DNA from: an uncultured Methanoregulaceae archaeon
GTDB taxonomy: Archaea; Halobacteriota; Methanomicrobia; Methanomicrobiales; Methanospirillaceae
DNA: 64,000 nt
Direction: 5' to 3'
Assembly: GCA_963705255.1 (NCBI GenBank)
Contig: OY970061.1
Span: 800,001-864,000 of the forward strand
The notes below the pieces were generated by a model that saw only the letters and a program-made list of their open reading frames with translations, was not told the DNA's origin and did no database searches. Shown in pieces: positions 53,305 through 64,000 of the stretch (positions are counted from its first letter, which is position 1; each line of letters starts with the position of its first letter). The position numbers were made by a program, and so were the translations under genes.

Positions 53305-53544
53305 ATGGAACTCCCGTCCATCCGGTTATGGGTTATATTTTACCTGATCGCTTTTGTGATGCTGCTCTGGGCAGTCTTCCTCTCTTCGCAGGGGACGATG
53401 CTCTGGGTAAGCCTGATGCTCGTGATCGTGGTGATCGGGATCAACTCCCTGGTGGTCGTGAGGGAGATAAAAAGAATCACTGCCCGTGCCGAGATGCAGC
53501 AGAGCCTCACCAGGGATATGCGCGGGGGCAAAAAAGAAGGATAA
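53305..53544 (+). CDS. Small two-TM membrane protein
   Basis: 79-aa hydrophobic ORF. Confidence 0.65.
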   Translation: MELPSIRLWVIFYLIAFVMLLWAVFLSSQGTMLWVSLMLVIVVIGINSLVVVREIKRITARAEMQQSLTRDMRGGKKEG

Positions 53545-53784
53545 CCGTCCTTGTGCGGTTCACTGCCGTCGTGCGTTCATCAGGCAAAATATCTTTGGCA
53601 CGGTTGCGACATCATTCGGATGGAACGTCGGGGATCCCTGACCATTACCGGGCGGCGCCCATGAAGATCGCGACCACGCATGCTGCGCTCTGGCAGTAAT
53701 CCGGCCGGTCCGGTCCCACACTCCATCCAGGGTCTGCCTGCGCAGACAAGGGCTCTGCCTGCCGGGTGGGAAATACTCAAAAAA

Positions 53785-54675
53785 TCAGCGGGGATTCTTC
53801 CCGGTCACCACCGGGTTCCCTTTGTACGACACCCATTCGGTGAACGATCCCTCGTAGATCCGGACCTTCGGGTACCCGAGGAACCACCGGAAGAGGATGA
53901 ACTCGTTGGTCGCTTCACGGCCGGTACCGCACGAGCAGATGATCGTCTTGTCGGGAGTGACACCGGCGGCCTTTATCAGCGCGAGGATCTGGTCCTCCGG
54001 TTTCAGGAGCTTCCTGTTCCGGTCGTCCATCAGGCTCTTCCAGGGCAGGCTGACCGCCCCGGGGATGTGCCCGGGCCGGATCCACGGCCCCTGCCCCTCG
54101 TAAAACGCAGACGGGCGGGCGTCGAGCAGGATCACGTCGGGGTTGTCCTTGATCTTCCGGAATTCCTCGTACCCGATGAAATATTCGGTTCTCAGCTGTA
54201 CCCTGAATACCGAAGGTTTCGTGACCCCGTATTCGCGGGTCAGGGGGCGGTTCTCCTCTTTCCATTTCTCGAATCCGCCGTCGAGGATATACACCTTCCG
54301 GTGGCCGTACCGCGCCAGCGTGTAGGCGACCATCGTCTGTTCAAGCCCGTCTCCGATGAACGTTGCACACGCACTGAGCGGCCCGGAACTCGAGTACACG
54401 ACGACCGGTCTCTCCGGTTCCAGGCCGAGCGTCCCGAACAGTATCCGGGCAGCCTCCGGGGGGATCCAGCGGGTCGGGATCGGGCCCTCGTGAATCCGGA
54501 AAAGCCCCTCGTGCCAGTACACTGCCCCGGGGATATGGTCCTGGATGTACTCGTGGATATTGGGCTGGCAGTCGAGGATCATCAGGTCCCGGTCACCGAG
54601 GTGGCCGGCCAGCCATTCAGTGGAAACCCACTTTACAGGCGCATCGCCTCTTCCGTACGGATAGATCACGGTCAT
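53785..54675 (-). CDS. Tandem-domain rhodanese/sulfurtransferase
   Basis: HIPGA twice, LDGG..KW, CGTGRE active loop, YEGSFTEW. Confidence 0.93.
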   Translation of the reverse strand: MTVIYPYGRGDAPVKWVSTEWLAGHLGDRDLMILDCQPNIHEYIQDHIPGAVYWHEGLFRIHEGPIPTRWIPPEAARILFGTLGLEPERPVVVYSSSGPLSACATFIGDGLEQTMVAYTLARYGHRKVYILDGGFEKWKEENRPLTREYGVTKPSVFRVQLRTEYFIGYEEFRKIKDNPDVILLDARPSAFYEGQGPWIRPGHIPGAVSLPWKSLMDDRNRKLLKPEDQILALIKAAGVTPDKTIICSCGTGREATNEFILFRWFLGYPKVRIYEGSFTEWVSYKGNPVVTGKNPR

Positions 54676-54869
54676 TTCAGTCACCGGAAACATGGATCCG
54701 TCTCCACGCCGTGGAAACGGATATACCCGCTTCTGAACCGGAGATGATAATGATTCCGGCACATTCCATATTTTGGAATAACCGCCGGCAGTTCCCGGCC
54801 TTAAGGGAAAAATGGTTCTGGAGAAATTCTGTTAGTATCTATTTTTTGTAAACCGGATGAAAATGCAAT

Positions 54870-55330
54870 GAGGGTGACCCCCTCTCTCAAGTCGAAGAAC
54901 ACTCCGGGTTCGATCGAAGACCTGCGGTCTTCTCCTGTCTCAAGTCTGATGACTTTCGACATTCTCCAGCCTGTTCTTCCCTTTGGGAAGAGACGTCTCC
55001 CCAGAGGGGGAGGCATCCCAAGAGGTGCATCCCCTTGAATCTCTGAGAGGTCTTTAGACCTCGAAGAGGAGAAGGGAGACAAAAGCCGACCTTCGACCCA
55101 TCTATTACTCCTCCTGTTCTCGCGGGAATTTCTCGCTAACCTTCTGAGTGACTATCCTATTATGGGGGATGCCTAGCGGCGGGAAATTAATCGTCGCATC
55201 AGCGAGGATTAATTGAAAAAGATTTTCATCAGAAAATCTTGGACTGCGGAGAGTCGAAGAACCCTCTGGGTTCTTCTCCAGTCTGCCCTTCCCTCCGGGA
55301 AGAGCAGTCTCCCCCAAGAGCGTCAGAATT
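54870..55330. repeat. Intergenic cluster of REP-like palindromes
   Basis: TCGAAGA-hairpin-TCTTCTCC at 54914 and 55253, plus several other hairpins. Confidence 0.7.
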
Positions 55331-55373
55331 TTGTTCCAATGATTTCTACAGTGCGGGAAAAATCAGTTCCCGG

Positions 55374-56012
55374 TCACGGCACCGCTCTCATCAGGTTCAT
55401 CAGGGAGACAAATTCCTCCACCGAGTACTGCCCTTCTGCCGTCGTTGTCCCGGTATGGCAGTACACGAACTCCGAGCCGAAGAGGGGGAGGATAGCCCGG
55501 GCGTACCGGAACTGCGCCCCCATCACTCCCGTGCAGACCGGTTTCTTCGCTGCCTCGGTGAAGGAGATCAGATCGATGAGATCGTCGTTGTCCGAGGGGG
55601 TGACCACGATCTTGGGGATGTCCCCGTATACCCGGAGTTCCCGCTCCAGCATGAAGAGCGCATCGAGGGGAATCATCGATCCCGCGTGGTGCGATGCGAT
55701 GATCGTCCTGCCTGCCCCGCGGACGGACGGGGCGTGCTGCGAGAACGTCTGCTCGATATCGATATAGTCCGCGAGCGGGATGAGCGGGCCGATCTTCTCC
55801 ACCCATTCGTCCGCGTTCCCGAAATACTGCCCTCCTTCCCGTGCGGAGCGGAGCGTGGCGATGACCGGCAGCGAGCAGTCCTTCCGGCTCGCTTCGAATA
55901 TCTCCACCGGGTCCCCGTCCATGAGGTCGAGGCGGAGCTCGACCAGGCCGGCACCCTGTGCCTGCGCCCGGGCGGCATGCGAAGGATCGGTCAGCGCTGC
56001 AACAATCTTCAT
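55374..56012 (-). CDS. aroD: Type I 3-dehydroquinate dehydratase
   Basis: VELRLD, TLRS..EGG, IDIE, TAEGQ. Confidence 0.9.
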   Translation of the reverse strand: MKIVAALTDPSHAARAQAQGAGLVELRLDLMDGDPVEIFEASRKDCSLPVIATLRSAREGGQYFGNADEWVEKIGPLIPLADYIDIEQTFSQHAPSVRGAGRTIIASHHAGSMIPLDALFMLERELRVYGDIPKIVVTPSDNDDLIDLISFTEAAKKPVCTGVMGAQFRYARAILPLFGSEFVYCHTGTTTAEGQYSVEEFVSLMNLMRAVP

Positions 56013-56153
56013 CAATGGGGGTTGGGCGGCAGTTCAGAAAAAGATACGCCCGGCCCCGCATCGTACATCGGCCGGGAACCTTCCGGGACCGCTGGAGCCG
56101 GTGGATGACAATACCTGTTTATTCCCTCCCGTGCAGACACTATAATCACGGCT

Positions 56154-56690
56154 ATGGAGTATGAGAGGATCTCACAATTCCTGCAAAAGCTTGCAGGGGC
56201 GCTCGGGAGGTGTGTCCTGCTGGCGGTTGTCCTCCCTCTCCTTCCCGTCCTTCTCTTCGGCCTTCCGCTGGCGCCCGCCCTCGCCCTGATCACCGGCGGC
56301 TTCCTGATCGAGTACGGCGCCGCGCCCATCGGTATCGCCCTCGGTCTCCCTCCGCTCTTCGTCTTGTACGTCCTGATCTGTACCGAGACCGGTATCTTTC
56401 TCGGGTTGTTCGACATCTTCGATACGATAGGGAAGACCTCGGCCCCCGTGGCCCGGTTCCTTGAAAAGACGCACCAGCTCGCCCGCAGTTCAAAGGTGAC
56501 GGAGAAGTACGGCATCCTCGGTCTCGTCCCCTGCGAGATCCTCCTCGGCGTCTACATCTGCGCGCCGCTCTCATGGGTGATGGGATGGCGCGAATACCTC
56601 TCGCTTGCGATAACCATCGCCGGTTACTGTGCAGCACTGATCCTCACGATCCTGGCAACCATCGGCCTGCTCGGGGTGCTCGCATCATGA
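56154..56690 (+). CDS. Membrane protein
   Basis: 178-aa hydrophobic ORF, coupled to downstream gene. Confidence 0.7.
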   Translation: MEYERISQFLQKLAGALGRCVLLAVVLPLLPVLLFGLPLAPALALITGGFLIEYGAAPIGIALGLPPLFVLYVLICTETGIFLGLFDIFDTIGKTSAPVARFLEKTHQLARSSKVTEKYGILGLVPCEILLGVYICAPLSWVMGWREYLSLAITIAGYCAALILTILATIGLLGVLAS

Positions 56691-59361
56691 CCGGCACCGC
56701 CACCCCCGGATCTCCGCCCGGGAAAAAACCCGGCCGGTTCCCGAACTCCTCGCACCTGCAGGTTCACCGGAAGCATTCCGGGCCGCCGTCGCGGCTGGGG
56801 CAGATGCGGTGTACCTGAGCGGGAAACGGTTCGGTGCCCGGAAATACGCCCCCAACTTTTCCGAGGACGAGATCCGGGACGCGGTCCGGGAAGCGCATGC
56901 GCATGGCATCCGGGTCTACGTCACGGTCAACACCCTCATCCATGACCGGGAACTGGCTGACGCCATGGACTACCTGCTCTGGCTCTACTCCGTCGGGACT
57001 GACGCAGTCCTCGTCCAGGATGCAGGTCTTGCCGCCCTGGCACGCGAGGTGGTACCCGGTCTTCCGCTCCATGCCTCGACCCAGATGACCATCCACAATG
57101 CCGGGGGCGTGCGCCGGGCTGCCGCAATGGGATTTTCCCGGGTCGTCCTCGCCCGCGAACTCTCCCTTCCCGAAGTCAGCCGCATTGCGGATGAGACGCG
57201 GGAGAGCGGTGTCGGCCTCGAGGTCTTTGCCCACGGGGCGCTCTGCTACAGCTACTCAGGCCAGTGCCTCCTCTCCTCGCTCATCGGTGGCAGGAGCGGG
57301 AACCGCGGCATGTGCGCCCAGCCCTGCCGGAAGCCCTATACGCTCGTAACCGGCGGGACCGACCCTTATGGCCGCCCGCTCGGCCTCGCCGAAGTCCCGT
57401 CGCGGGGACCCTACCTGCTCTCCCCGAAGGATCTCTGCACCTTCCGCCGGCTCCCCGGGCTTGTCCAATCCCCGGTCGTCTCGCTCAAGATAGAGGGGCG
57501 GATGAAATCCCCGGAATACGTGGCAACGGTCGTCATGGCATACCGGAGAGCTCTCGATGCCATTGCTGCGGGAAACTATCGCGAGTCTCCGGAAGCATAC
57601 CGCGACCTCCTCCTCGCCTTCAACCGCGGGTTCACCCGGGGCTACCTGTCCGGCGACCGCCACGATACGCTCATGGGAAGGGAGGCCCCGGGCAACCGGG
57701 GGCTCCGCATCGGGACCGTAACCCGGTACCGACCGGAAGACCTCCTGTGCAACCGTCAGGCCCGAGAGCCCGGTCCTCCCCGCCCCGGGGGACGGCCTGC
57801 TCATCTCCGGCCCGGAGATGTCCGGGAACGGGACGGGATTTTCCCTCAACACCGAACCGGTCCGGAACGGCGCGGAGATCTGTTTCCCGGTCCCCCGCCC
57901 GGTCAGTCCCGGCTCTGCTGTCTCCATCACGTTCTCGCGGGAGCTCGACGGAAGAATACGGCGGGCTGTTGCCCATCCTCCCGCCGGCACGCTCAGGGCA
58001 GTTCCCATCGACCTCGCGGTTTCCGTCATGGATGACGGCACGCTGCTCTTCGACGGGAAGATCCAACGCCCTGACGGGAACGTGACAGGGGTCAGTTTCC
58101 ACCCGGACCTCCGCATGGAACCGGCACGATCGCAGACCGGTCACAAGGGACCAGCTGGAGACCCGGCTGAAGAAGAGCGGAGGCACCCCTTTTGTCATCC
58201 GGAACCTGAGCCTCACCTACTCCGGCAGCCTGTTTGCGCCACTCGCTGAGCTCAACCGCATGAGAAGGGACTTCCTTGTAACTGCCGGAGATGCGCTCAT
58301 AGCCGCGTCACTCCCCGGAGAAGAGGAACTGGGCCGGGCGCGGGAGCGGTGGGCGGGACTGGCGCCGCATTACCGGTCCCCCGCCCTTCGGGCAGATACC
58401 CGTCGGCCTTCCAGACTCCGGCTCGCTGCCTATACCGATTCGATCGACGGAGTCAGGGAACTGGCGGCTGCCGGATGCGAGAAGATCTATTTTGAGCCGG
58501 ATTTTACCCTGCCGGAACACCGTTGCAGCGGGAACGGGACCCGCGATTCATGTGAGAACCGGATCCTGGAAGCCATGACCATCTGCCGGGCTTCAGGTGC
58601 CGGTTTTGTCTGGAAATTCCCCCGCATCACCCGGGACTCGTATCTTGAGAAAGTACTCCCTTCAGTACCCTGGTCTTTTCCGGCAGGGCGCCTGCGAATG
58701 CATGGTCGGGAACGCAGGAACGGGAGACGCCCTCCTCCGGGAGGAGCCTTCCCTTGTATTGTCAGGTTCAACCGGGCTCAATATCTTCAACCATGCTGCG
58801 GCTCTCAACGCACTGCCCGGGTCCAGGCTCCTGACGCTCTCCCCGGAACTCTCCGGCAAAGAGATCAGCTCCCTTGTCCGGCTCGCCCGGGCAGGAGCGG
58901 ACAGCCCGGATTTCGCGGTCATTGCCGAGGGTACCGGCGAGGCCATGATCACCGATGACTGCCTCGTCAGGAACCACCTTGACTGCGCTGGGAAAAACCC
59001 GGATACCGGGAAGAGCGCCGGGCGGTTCCTGGGCATCAGGGACACCACCGGGCATGTCTTCCCGGTGCGCATGGACGGGGAGTGCCGGACGAGGATCGGC
59101 AATGCAGCCGAGACCTGCCTCATCGACCACCTCCCGTCACTCCTGGCCGCGGGCGTTGCCGAAGCGGTCATCGACACGAGGGGGAGGACACCGGCATATA
59201 CCCGGGAGATCTGCCGGATCTACCGCGAGGCAGTCGATACGGTCAATACCGGTCCTGCGGAGGGAAATTCTGCCGTGCTGAAATCCCTCAGGGAGCGCGT
59301 CCGGCAGATCGCACTCGGCGGTATCACGGCCGGCCATTTCATACGGGGGCTCCGGACCTGA
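56687..59361 (+). CDS. Peptidase U32 family (RlhA-like RNA hydroxylase), several frameshifts
   Basis: ELLAPAGS, HASTQM, CYSYSGQC, GNRGMCAQPCR, LKIEGRMK, C-terminal TAGHF.RG; split over several frames. Confidence 0.85.
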
Positions 59362-59452
59362 CAGCAGCCCGGGAAACGGCGTCCAAATATTCATTATACC
59401 ATAGCCAAAATGGTGTAACTGAGATCCGCAGCAGTCCGGAGGAGATTCTGAT

Positions 59453-60121
59453 ATGGCTTCACCCTTGATTCTGGTAAACCTGAAAACGTACAGGGAGGGG
59501 ACGGGGAACCGCGCCCACATGATCGCAAACGCAGCACAACTGGTGGCAAAGGAGAGCGGGGTTGAGATCGGCATTGCCCCTTCCTATATCGACCTCCACC
59601 CGATCTGCCACCACTTTTCCCTCCCGGTCTATGCCCAGCATGTCGACGGGTGCGAGCCCGGCGCAAACACGGGCCATATCACGGTCGATGCGATCCGGAC
59701 CGCCGGGGCTGCGGGATCCCTTGTCAACCACTCGGAGCGACGCCTGACCCTTGCGGAGATCGAGGCCTCGGTCCGGGGACTCCAGGCACACAAACTCATC
59801 TCGGTCGTCTGTTCCAATAACGAGGTGACCAGTGCCGGGGCTGCAGCATTATCGCCCGATTACGTGGCAATCGAGCCGCCGGAGCTCATCGGGAGCGGTG
59901 TCTCGGTCTCAAAAGCGAACCCGGAGATCATCCGGCGTTCCGTGGCGGCGGTCCACGCGGTCAGCCCGAACGTCAGGGTGCTGACCGGGGCCGGGATCCA
60001 GTCCGGGGACTGCGTCCGGATCGCGGTCGATCTCGGTACGGACGGGGTACTGCTCGCTTCGAGCGTGGTCAAATCCAAAGAGCCGGGTGCGGTCCTCAGG
60101 GACCTTGTCTCAAAACTCTGA
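59453..60121 (+). CDS. tpiA: Archaeal triosephosphate isomerase
   Basis: [27 protein letters not shown]. Confidence 0.96.
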   Translation: MASPLILVNLKTYREGTGNRAHMIANAAQLVAKESGVEIGIAPSYIDLHPICHHFSLPVYAQHVDGCEPGANTGHITVDAIRTAGAAGSLVNHSERRLTLAEIEASVRGLQAHKLISVVCSNNEVTSAGAAALSPDYVAIEPPELIGSGVSVSKANPEIIRRSVAAVHAVSPNVRVLTGAGIQSGDCVRIAVDLGTDGVLLASSVVKSKEPGAVLRDLVSKL

Positions 60122-60529
60122 TCCGGGAACTATTTTTGATACCGCACAGGTAAGGGGGGGTAACCCACCCTCCCTCCGGAGAAGGTGTGTTGACTGGCAA
60201 TTGCCGACGCTCCGCCGCGGGCTGCCCTTTCGGGGAGATAATGGTATTTTTTTGGATTTTCCCCGGGCGATTGTGTGGAGATTTTTAAAAAACGGGTGAC
60301 AGGGTCATTCGTTATTTCAAGAACAGGTACCAGACTCCCAGAATAACGATGAATAGTACGATCCCGATTCCGATTACCGTCATACTGCTGATTTCTGCCG
60401 ATTCTTCTGCCATCGTAAAAACTCCGGATTCGCGGTCAAAACCACGACAATTAACCGTCCGCTATAGATACTATATATATTTTGGGGAAATCCCCCTATT
60501 CGGATGGATTTTGCGAAAACTCCGGTTAA

Positions 60530-61084
60530 TCAGATGATCAGGGAGATCAGGTCGTGTTTGGTGATCACGCCCCGCACCGTCCTCCCTTCAACGACGAGGA
60601 CTGCATGGTTCTGCTGCAGGATATTGACGACCGTCTCGACATCCATGTCGGGGGGGACCGTGGGGAACCCGGTCTCCATAAAGTCCCGGACAAAGAAGAG
60701 GTGGGTCTTATGGAGGCGCTGCTGCTCGATCGCCTTGACGATGACCGATTCGGATATGCACCCTACCGGCACGCCGCGTTCGATGACCGGCAGCTGGGAG
60801 ATATTGTTCTTCTCAAAGATCTCCACGGCACGGCCGATAGCGTCCTGCGGCTGGACGGCCAGGACCGGGGTGTGCATGATCTGCACCGCCCTGATCTTCC
60901 TGGGTTCGGCACTGTTCAGGACCACGATGATCTTGTTGAGGGTGCTGACCCGGGGATCGACATTTCCCGCCTCGATCCGTGCTACCATGGACTGGCTGAT
61001 CCCGGCGCGTTTTGCCAGTTCGGTCTGCTTCATGCCAAGGGATTCCCGGCGCGATCGGAGCTCTTCCGGTGTTGGTATGTGCAT
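60530..61084 (-). CDS. XRE-HTH plus CBS-pair transcriptional regulator
   Basis: QTELAKRAGISQSMVARIEAG; ISQLPV; GVITKHD. Confidence 0.92.
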   Translation of the reverse strand: MHIPTPEELRSRRESLGMKQTELAKRAGISQSMVARIEAGNVDPRVSTLNKIIVVLNSAEPRKIRAVQIMHTPVLAVQPQDAIGRAVEIFEKNNISQLPVIERGVPVGCISESVIVKAIEQQRLHKTHLFFVRDFMETGFPTVPPDMDVETVVNILQQNHAVLVVEGRTVRGVITKHDLISLII

Positions 61085-61537
61085 GGTTGATTACTGATGG
61101 TGATAGGATCATATCAACTTTATTGTTAAAACCGGTTGTTCAGAGAGTGTACGGCAGGATATTGCTTCGCATGATGGCGCGATTCGGGTTTTTTGTGAAA
61201 TCGCCTCCTCAGACCATATATAACCACCGGATATTTTTTTGCCGGAGAGCAAAATGTTTTAAAGAGAGGGGAGATACAGCTGTTAACGGGAATCCAATGG
61301 CCATGATGTTGGATTCGTGTTTGATATGAGCGACAGTCCGGACAGCGACGACGACAGTGAAGAGGCCCATCGGGCATTCTTCTCTTTTTTTCCACAAGGG
61401 GGATTCCTGCACAGTGCAGGTCCGGGACAACGGGTCTCCGGCAGACGACAGCATCGTCCCGGGATTACCCTCCATCCATCTGACAGAACCAGATGCCGTA
61501 GTATGACGCACCGGCACACCAGCGGGCTGATCCCCGG

Positions 61538-62320
61538 ATGAACGATAGCCGGGGTCATCCCCTCCCGGCCGGCGGCCTGCCAAAACCGGCGCACACCTCT
61601 GTTCCACGCACGGCCTCTGCCGGATACCGCTCCGGGATCAAAACCGTTCCCGCCCTTCCCACGCACCGGCGGGTGAACGGGAAACGGGAACCGCTCATCG
61701 CAAAGGATGCATTATTTACGGTGTGGCGGGAGGGCGTATCTCATATTATTGCCGAGAACTATTCCTACAAGACCGAACCCTACTACTCGATTCTCCGGCA
61801 TGAACTTGACGGTAAGCCCGTACAGCCCGCGAGCTGCGCCGTGCTCGACGCCTGCGTTGTCCCCATCTGCCTGGAACGGGCACACCTTGCCGGCATTCCG
61901 GTCTGCGACTGGGCGATATCCCAGGGATATGCCCCGTTCCCGTCAATTCTGTACGGCCTGAACTACTTTGCCAATACTTCGGATTATTGCGTGGTCCGGG
62001 ACAACGAAGAGGCAAAAGACGTGATCAGGCATATCACCAACAGGGGAAAATACCCGTTCTGCTACCAGAAGCTGGACGATAGTGCAACGATACACTCCTG
62101 TATCTCGGTCTTCGGCAGGACTGCCGGAAAATGCGATGACGTGGCCCGGCTCGCCGAGAGAGTGTACGACCTCTTTGCCATCCCGCTGATCACCCTTGTG
62201 CTGGTGAACGATGGCGAGCGGTACCTCCTCTCCTCGCTTTCCTGGACGAGATACCCGCAGCTCTCCGGAGAAGAGCGTGCGCTCCTTTCCGCATACCTGG
62301 CACGGCAGGAATTCCTATGA
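61538..62320 (+). CDS. RimK-like ATP-grasp-associated protein (start uncertain)
   Basis: ENYSYKTEPYY.IL..E motif; coupled to ATP-grasp gene. Confidence 0.65.
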   Translation: MNDSRGHPLPAGGLPKPAHTSVPRTASAGYRSGIKTVPALPTHRRVNGKREPLIAKDALFTVWREGVSHIIAENYSYKTEPYYSILRHELDGKPVQPASCAVLDACVVPICLERAHLAGIPVCDWAISQGYAPFPSILYGLNYFANTSDYCVVRDNEEAKDVIRHITNRGKYPFCYQKLDDSATIHSCISVFGRTAGKCDDVARLAERVYDLFAIPLITLVLVNDGERYLLSSLSWTRYPQLSGEERALLSAYLARQEFL

Positions 62321-63189
62321 GCAGGCTCGGCATCTTTGTGGACCGGAAGACGATGTCGAACTCCGAGCAGCTCAACGCCCTGATCCACTGCCGGGACGTG
62401 GCAGAGGAGATGGGCCATGGCGTGGACTTCATCTTCCCGGTAGATATCGGCAAGATCACGAAGATGGACGCGCTCTTCATCCGCGCCCGGACCGACCCGA
62501 TGAATGTCACGTATGTTGCCGCGCGGATGGCGGCGTTTCACGGCATACCGGTCATTGACGACCCGCAGTCCATCCAGGTCTGTTCTGACAAGGTCAACAT
62601 GTACTCCCACCTGATCCGGAAGCAGGTCCCGCTGCCAGAGACGGTCTTCCTCTCAAAACGGGACCTGTCGGTGGAGTGCGTGACAAAACTCTTTGACGAG
62701 CTGGGTTCGCCGCTGATCCTCAAGGAACCTTCGACATCCTTCTCCCTGAGAGTGGAGAAGGTGAGCGACATTGCCGGATTTTTCCGCGTAGCCCGGCGGT
62801 TCATCCGGCTCTCGGACTGGATTGTCGTGCAGCAGTTTATCGAGAGCAGGTACGACTGGCGGATCGGGGTCCTCGACGGAAAACTCCTGTATGTCTGCAA
62901 GTATACCATCCCGTCCGTGACGTTCAAGATCCAGGCTTCGGTCAACGGGCACCTCGTCTATTGCGGGGTCGAGAGCGTTCCGGAACAGTCCGTGCCCCCG
63001 CATGTCGTCCGGCTGGGCATCGATGCGGCGAACGCGATCGGGCGTGGCCTGTACGGCGTGGACATAAAAAATACTAATGGCGACGCGTACGTTATTGAGG
63101 TGAACGACAACCCCTCGCTCGAAAGCGGGGAGGATACCTGTTACCCGCAGGTCTACGAACAGATCGTGACCCACCTTTTTGCGAAGTGA
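62317..63189 (+). CDS. RimK-family ATP-grasp ligase
   Basis: PLILK, QQFI, DWRIGV, YGVDIK, EVNDNP. Confidence 0.9.
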   Translation: MSRLGIFVDRKTMSNSEQLNALIHCRDVAEEMGHGVDFIFPVDIGKITKMDALFIRARTDPMNVTYVAARMAAFHGIPVIDDPQSIQVCSDKVNMYSHLIRKQVPLPETVFLSKRDLSVECVTKLFDELGSPLILKEPSTSFSLRVEKVSDIAGFFRVARRFIRLSDWIVVQQFIESRYDWRIGVLDGKLLYVCKYTIPSVTFKIQASVNGHLVYCGVESVPEQSVPPHVVRLGIDAANAIGRGLYGVDIKNTNGDAYVIEVNDNPSLESGEDTCYPQVYEQIVTHLFAK

Positions 63190-63198
63190 TCCCAAAAT

Positions 63199-63690
63199 AT
63201 GATCGAAGACCGGCTGATCCGTCCCGAAACCTGCTGCCTGCGCTGCGGGGGGCACTGCTGCGACGGCGCGCATCCCCCGATCTCTGAACCCTGTTACCGG
63301 AAGCTCATATCCGCGGGAGTCCCGGCAGACGCTTTCGAGCGGGACGGGTACCGCCGCCTGAAGACCCGCCCTGACGGCACCTGCGTCCAGTGGATCGATG
63401 GTAAATGTTCCATCCACGACATCAAACCGGAGACCTGCCGGGCAGGTCCCTTCACGTTTGACGTAGAAGGTGATGTCATCGGGATCTACCTGAAATACGA
63501 GAGCATCTGCCCTCTGGTCCGGCTCCTCAAAGACACCCCGGCAGCGTATGAGCAGCAGTACGAACGTGCGGTGAAGAGCATCACCCACCTTGTGGCACAC
63601 CTTTCGGAAGAAGAACTGGGGGCCATCTGCCGCATCGAGGAGCCGGAGACCGGGAAGGTGGGCGAGATCCCGCGGCAGTATAATCCATGA
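63199..63690 (+). CDS. YkgJ-family cysteine cluster protein
   Basis: CLRCGGHCC, CSIHDIKPETCRAGPF. Confidence 0.88.
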   Translation: MIEDRLIRPETCCLRCGGHCCDGAHPPISEPCYRKLISAGVPADAFERDGYRRLKTRPDGTCVQWIDGKCSIHDIKPETCRAGPFTFDVEGDVIGIYLKYESICPLVRLLKDTPAAYEQQYERAVKSITHLVAHLSEEELGAICRIEEPETGKVGEIPRQYNP

Positions 63691-64000
63691 CCATCGGCAC
63701 TGAGCACGAGTTCTCCATCAACGACCCGCAGTTCGACGTCTGTCCGGTATCTGACGAGATCCTCAGGACGGTCTGCGGCAGGTACGAGAGCGAGATCCTG
63801 TTCGGGGATGTGAAGCTGGGAAAGGAACTCCAGAAGACCGTCCTGGAGATCGTCCCCCGGAGACCGGCTGACGAGCTTGCACACCTGGAAACCCAGCTCA
63901 CGAGCGGCATCAGGAAATTCTACCACATCTTTTCCGGGAGATATCACCTCCTCGGCCTCGGGATGCACCCTACAGCCCGCCTCCACGAGATCCCCGTCTG
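63687..64000 (+). CDS. Glutamate-cysteine ligase (GCS2)-like protein, partial
   Basis: MTIGTEHEFSIND...KELQKTVLE...LGLGMHP; runs off window. Confidence 0.8.
   Translation, partial: MTIGTEHEFSINDPQFDVCPVSDEILRTVCGRYESEILFGDVKLGKELQKTVLEIVPRRPADELAHLETQLTSGIRKFYHIFSGRYHLLGLGMHPTARLHEIPV

Noticed and set aside
54940-54970. CTGATGA suggesting a hammerhead ribozyme or C/D-box RNA (also 28143, 30585, 53061)
   Set aside because: No properly placed GAAA/stem II-III for a hammerhead and no consistent C/D box spacing; kept only as part of the repeat tail.

Overview
Archaeal genomic window whose gene content and style point to a methanogen of the Methanomicrobiales type (inferred from the archaeal aroA'/aroB' pathway, archaeal TpiA and multi-PAS kinases). 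Three zones: (1) 1-31.7 kb, GC-rich accessory region (tandem PAS histidine kinases, hydrolases, HicAB and other TA-like genes, ABC exporter, bacterial-type ClpB, methyltransferases, paralogous membrane proteins under a shared palindromic operator); (2) about 31.8-44.2 kb, AT-rich defence-like island (Kiwa, DUF262+HEPN, MTase+putative REase, TIR protein, a 268-bp tandem repeat and a small membrane peptide in a fold-back RNA resembling a type I toxin mRNA); (3) 44.3-64 kb, core genes, mainly an aromatic amino acid biosynthesis operon. Top finding: directly upstream of that operon is an unannotated leader ORF ending in YRFFGFFGFYYRFYYWYQ (13 of the last 18 codons Phe/Tyr/Trp), followed by mutually exclusive hairpins, one of which covers part of the first gene's Shine-Dalgarno site. 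This is a candidate ribosome-mediated attenuator in an archaeon. Many genes carry single-base frameshifts, probably assembly indels, so pseudogene and fusion calls are tentative. All family assignments are from motif recognition, not database searches.
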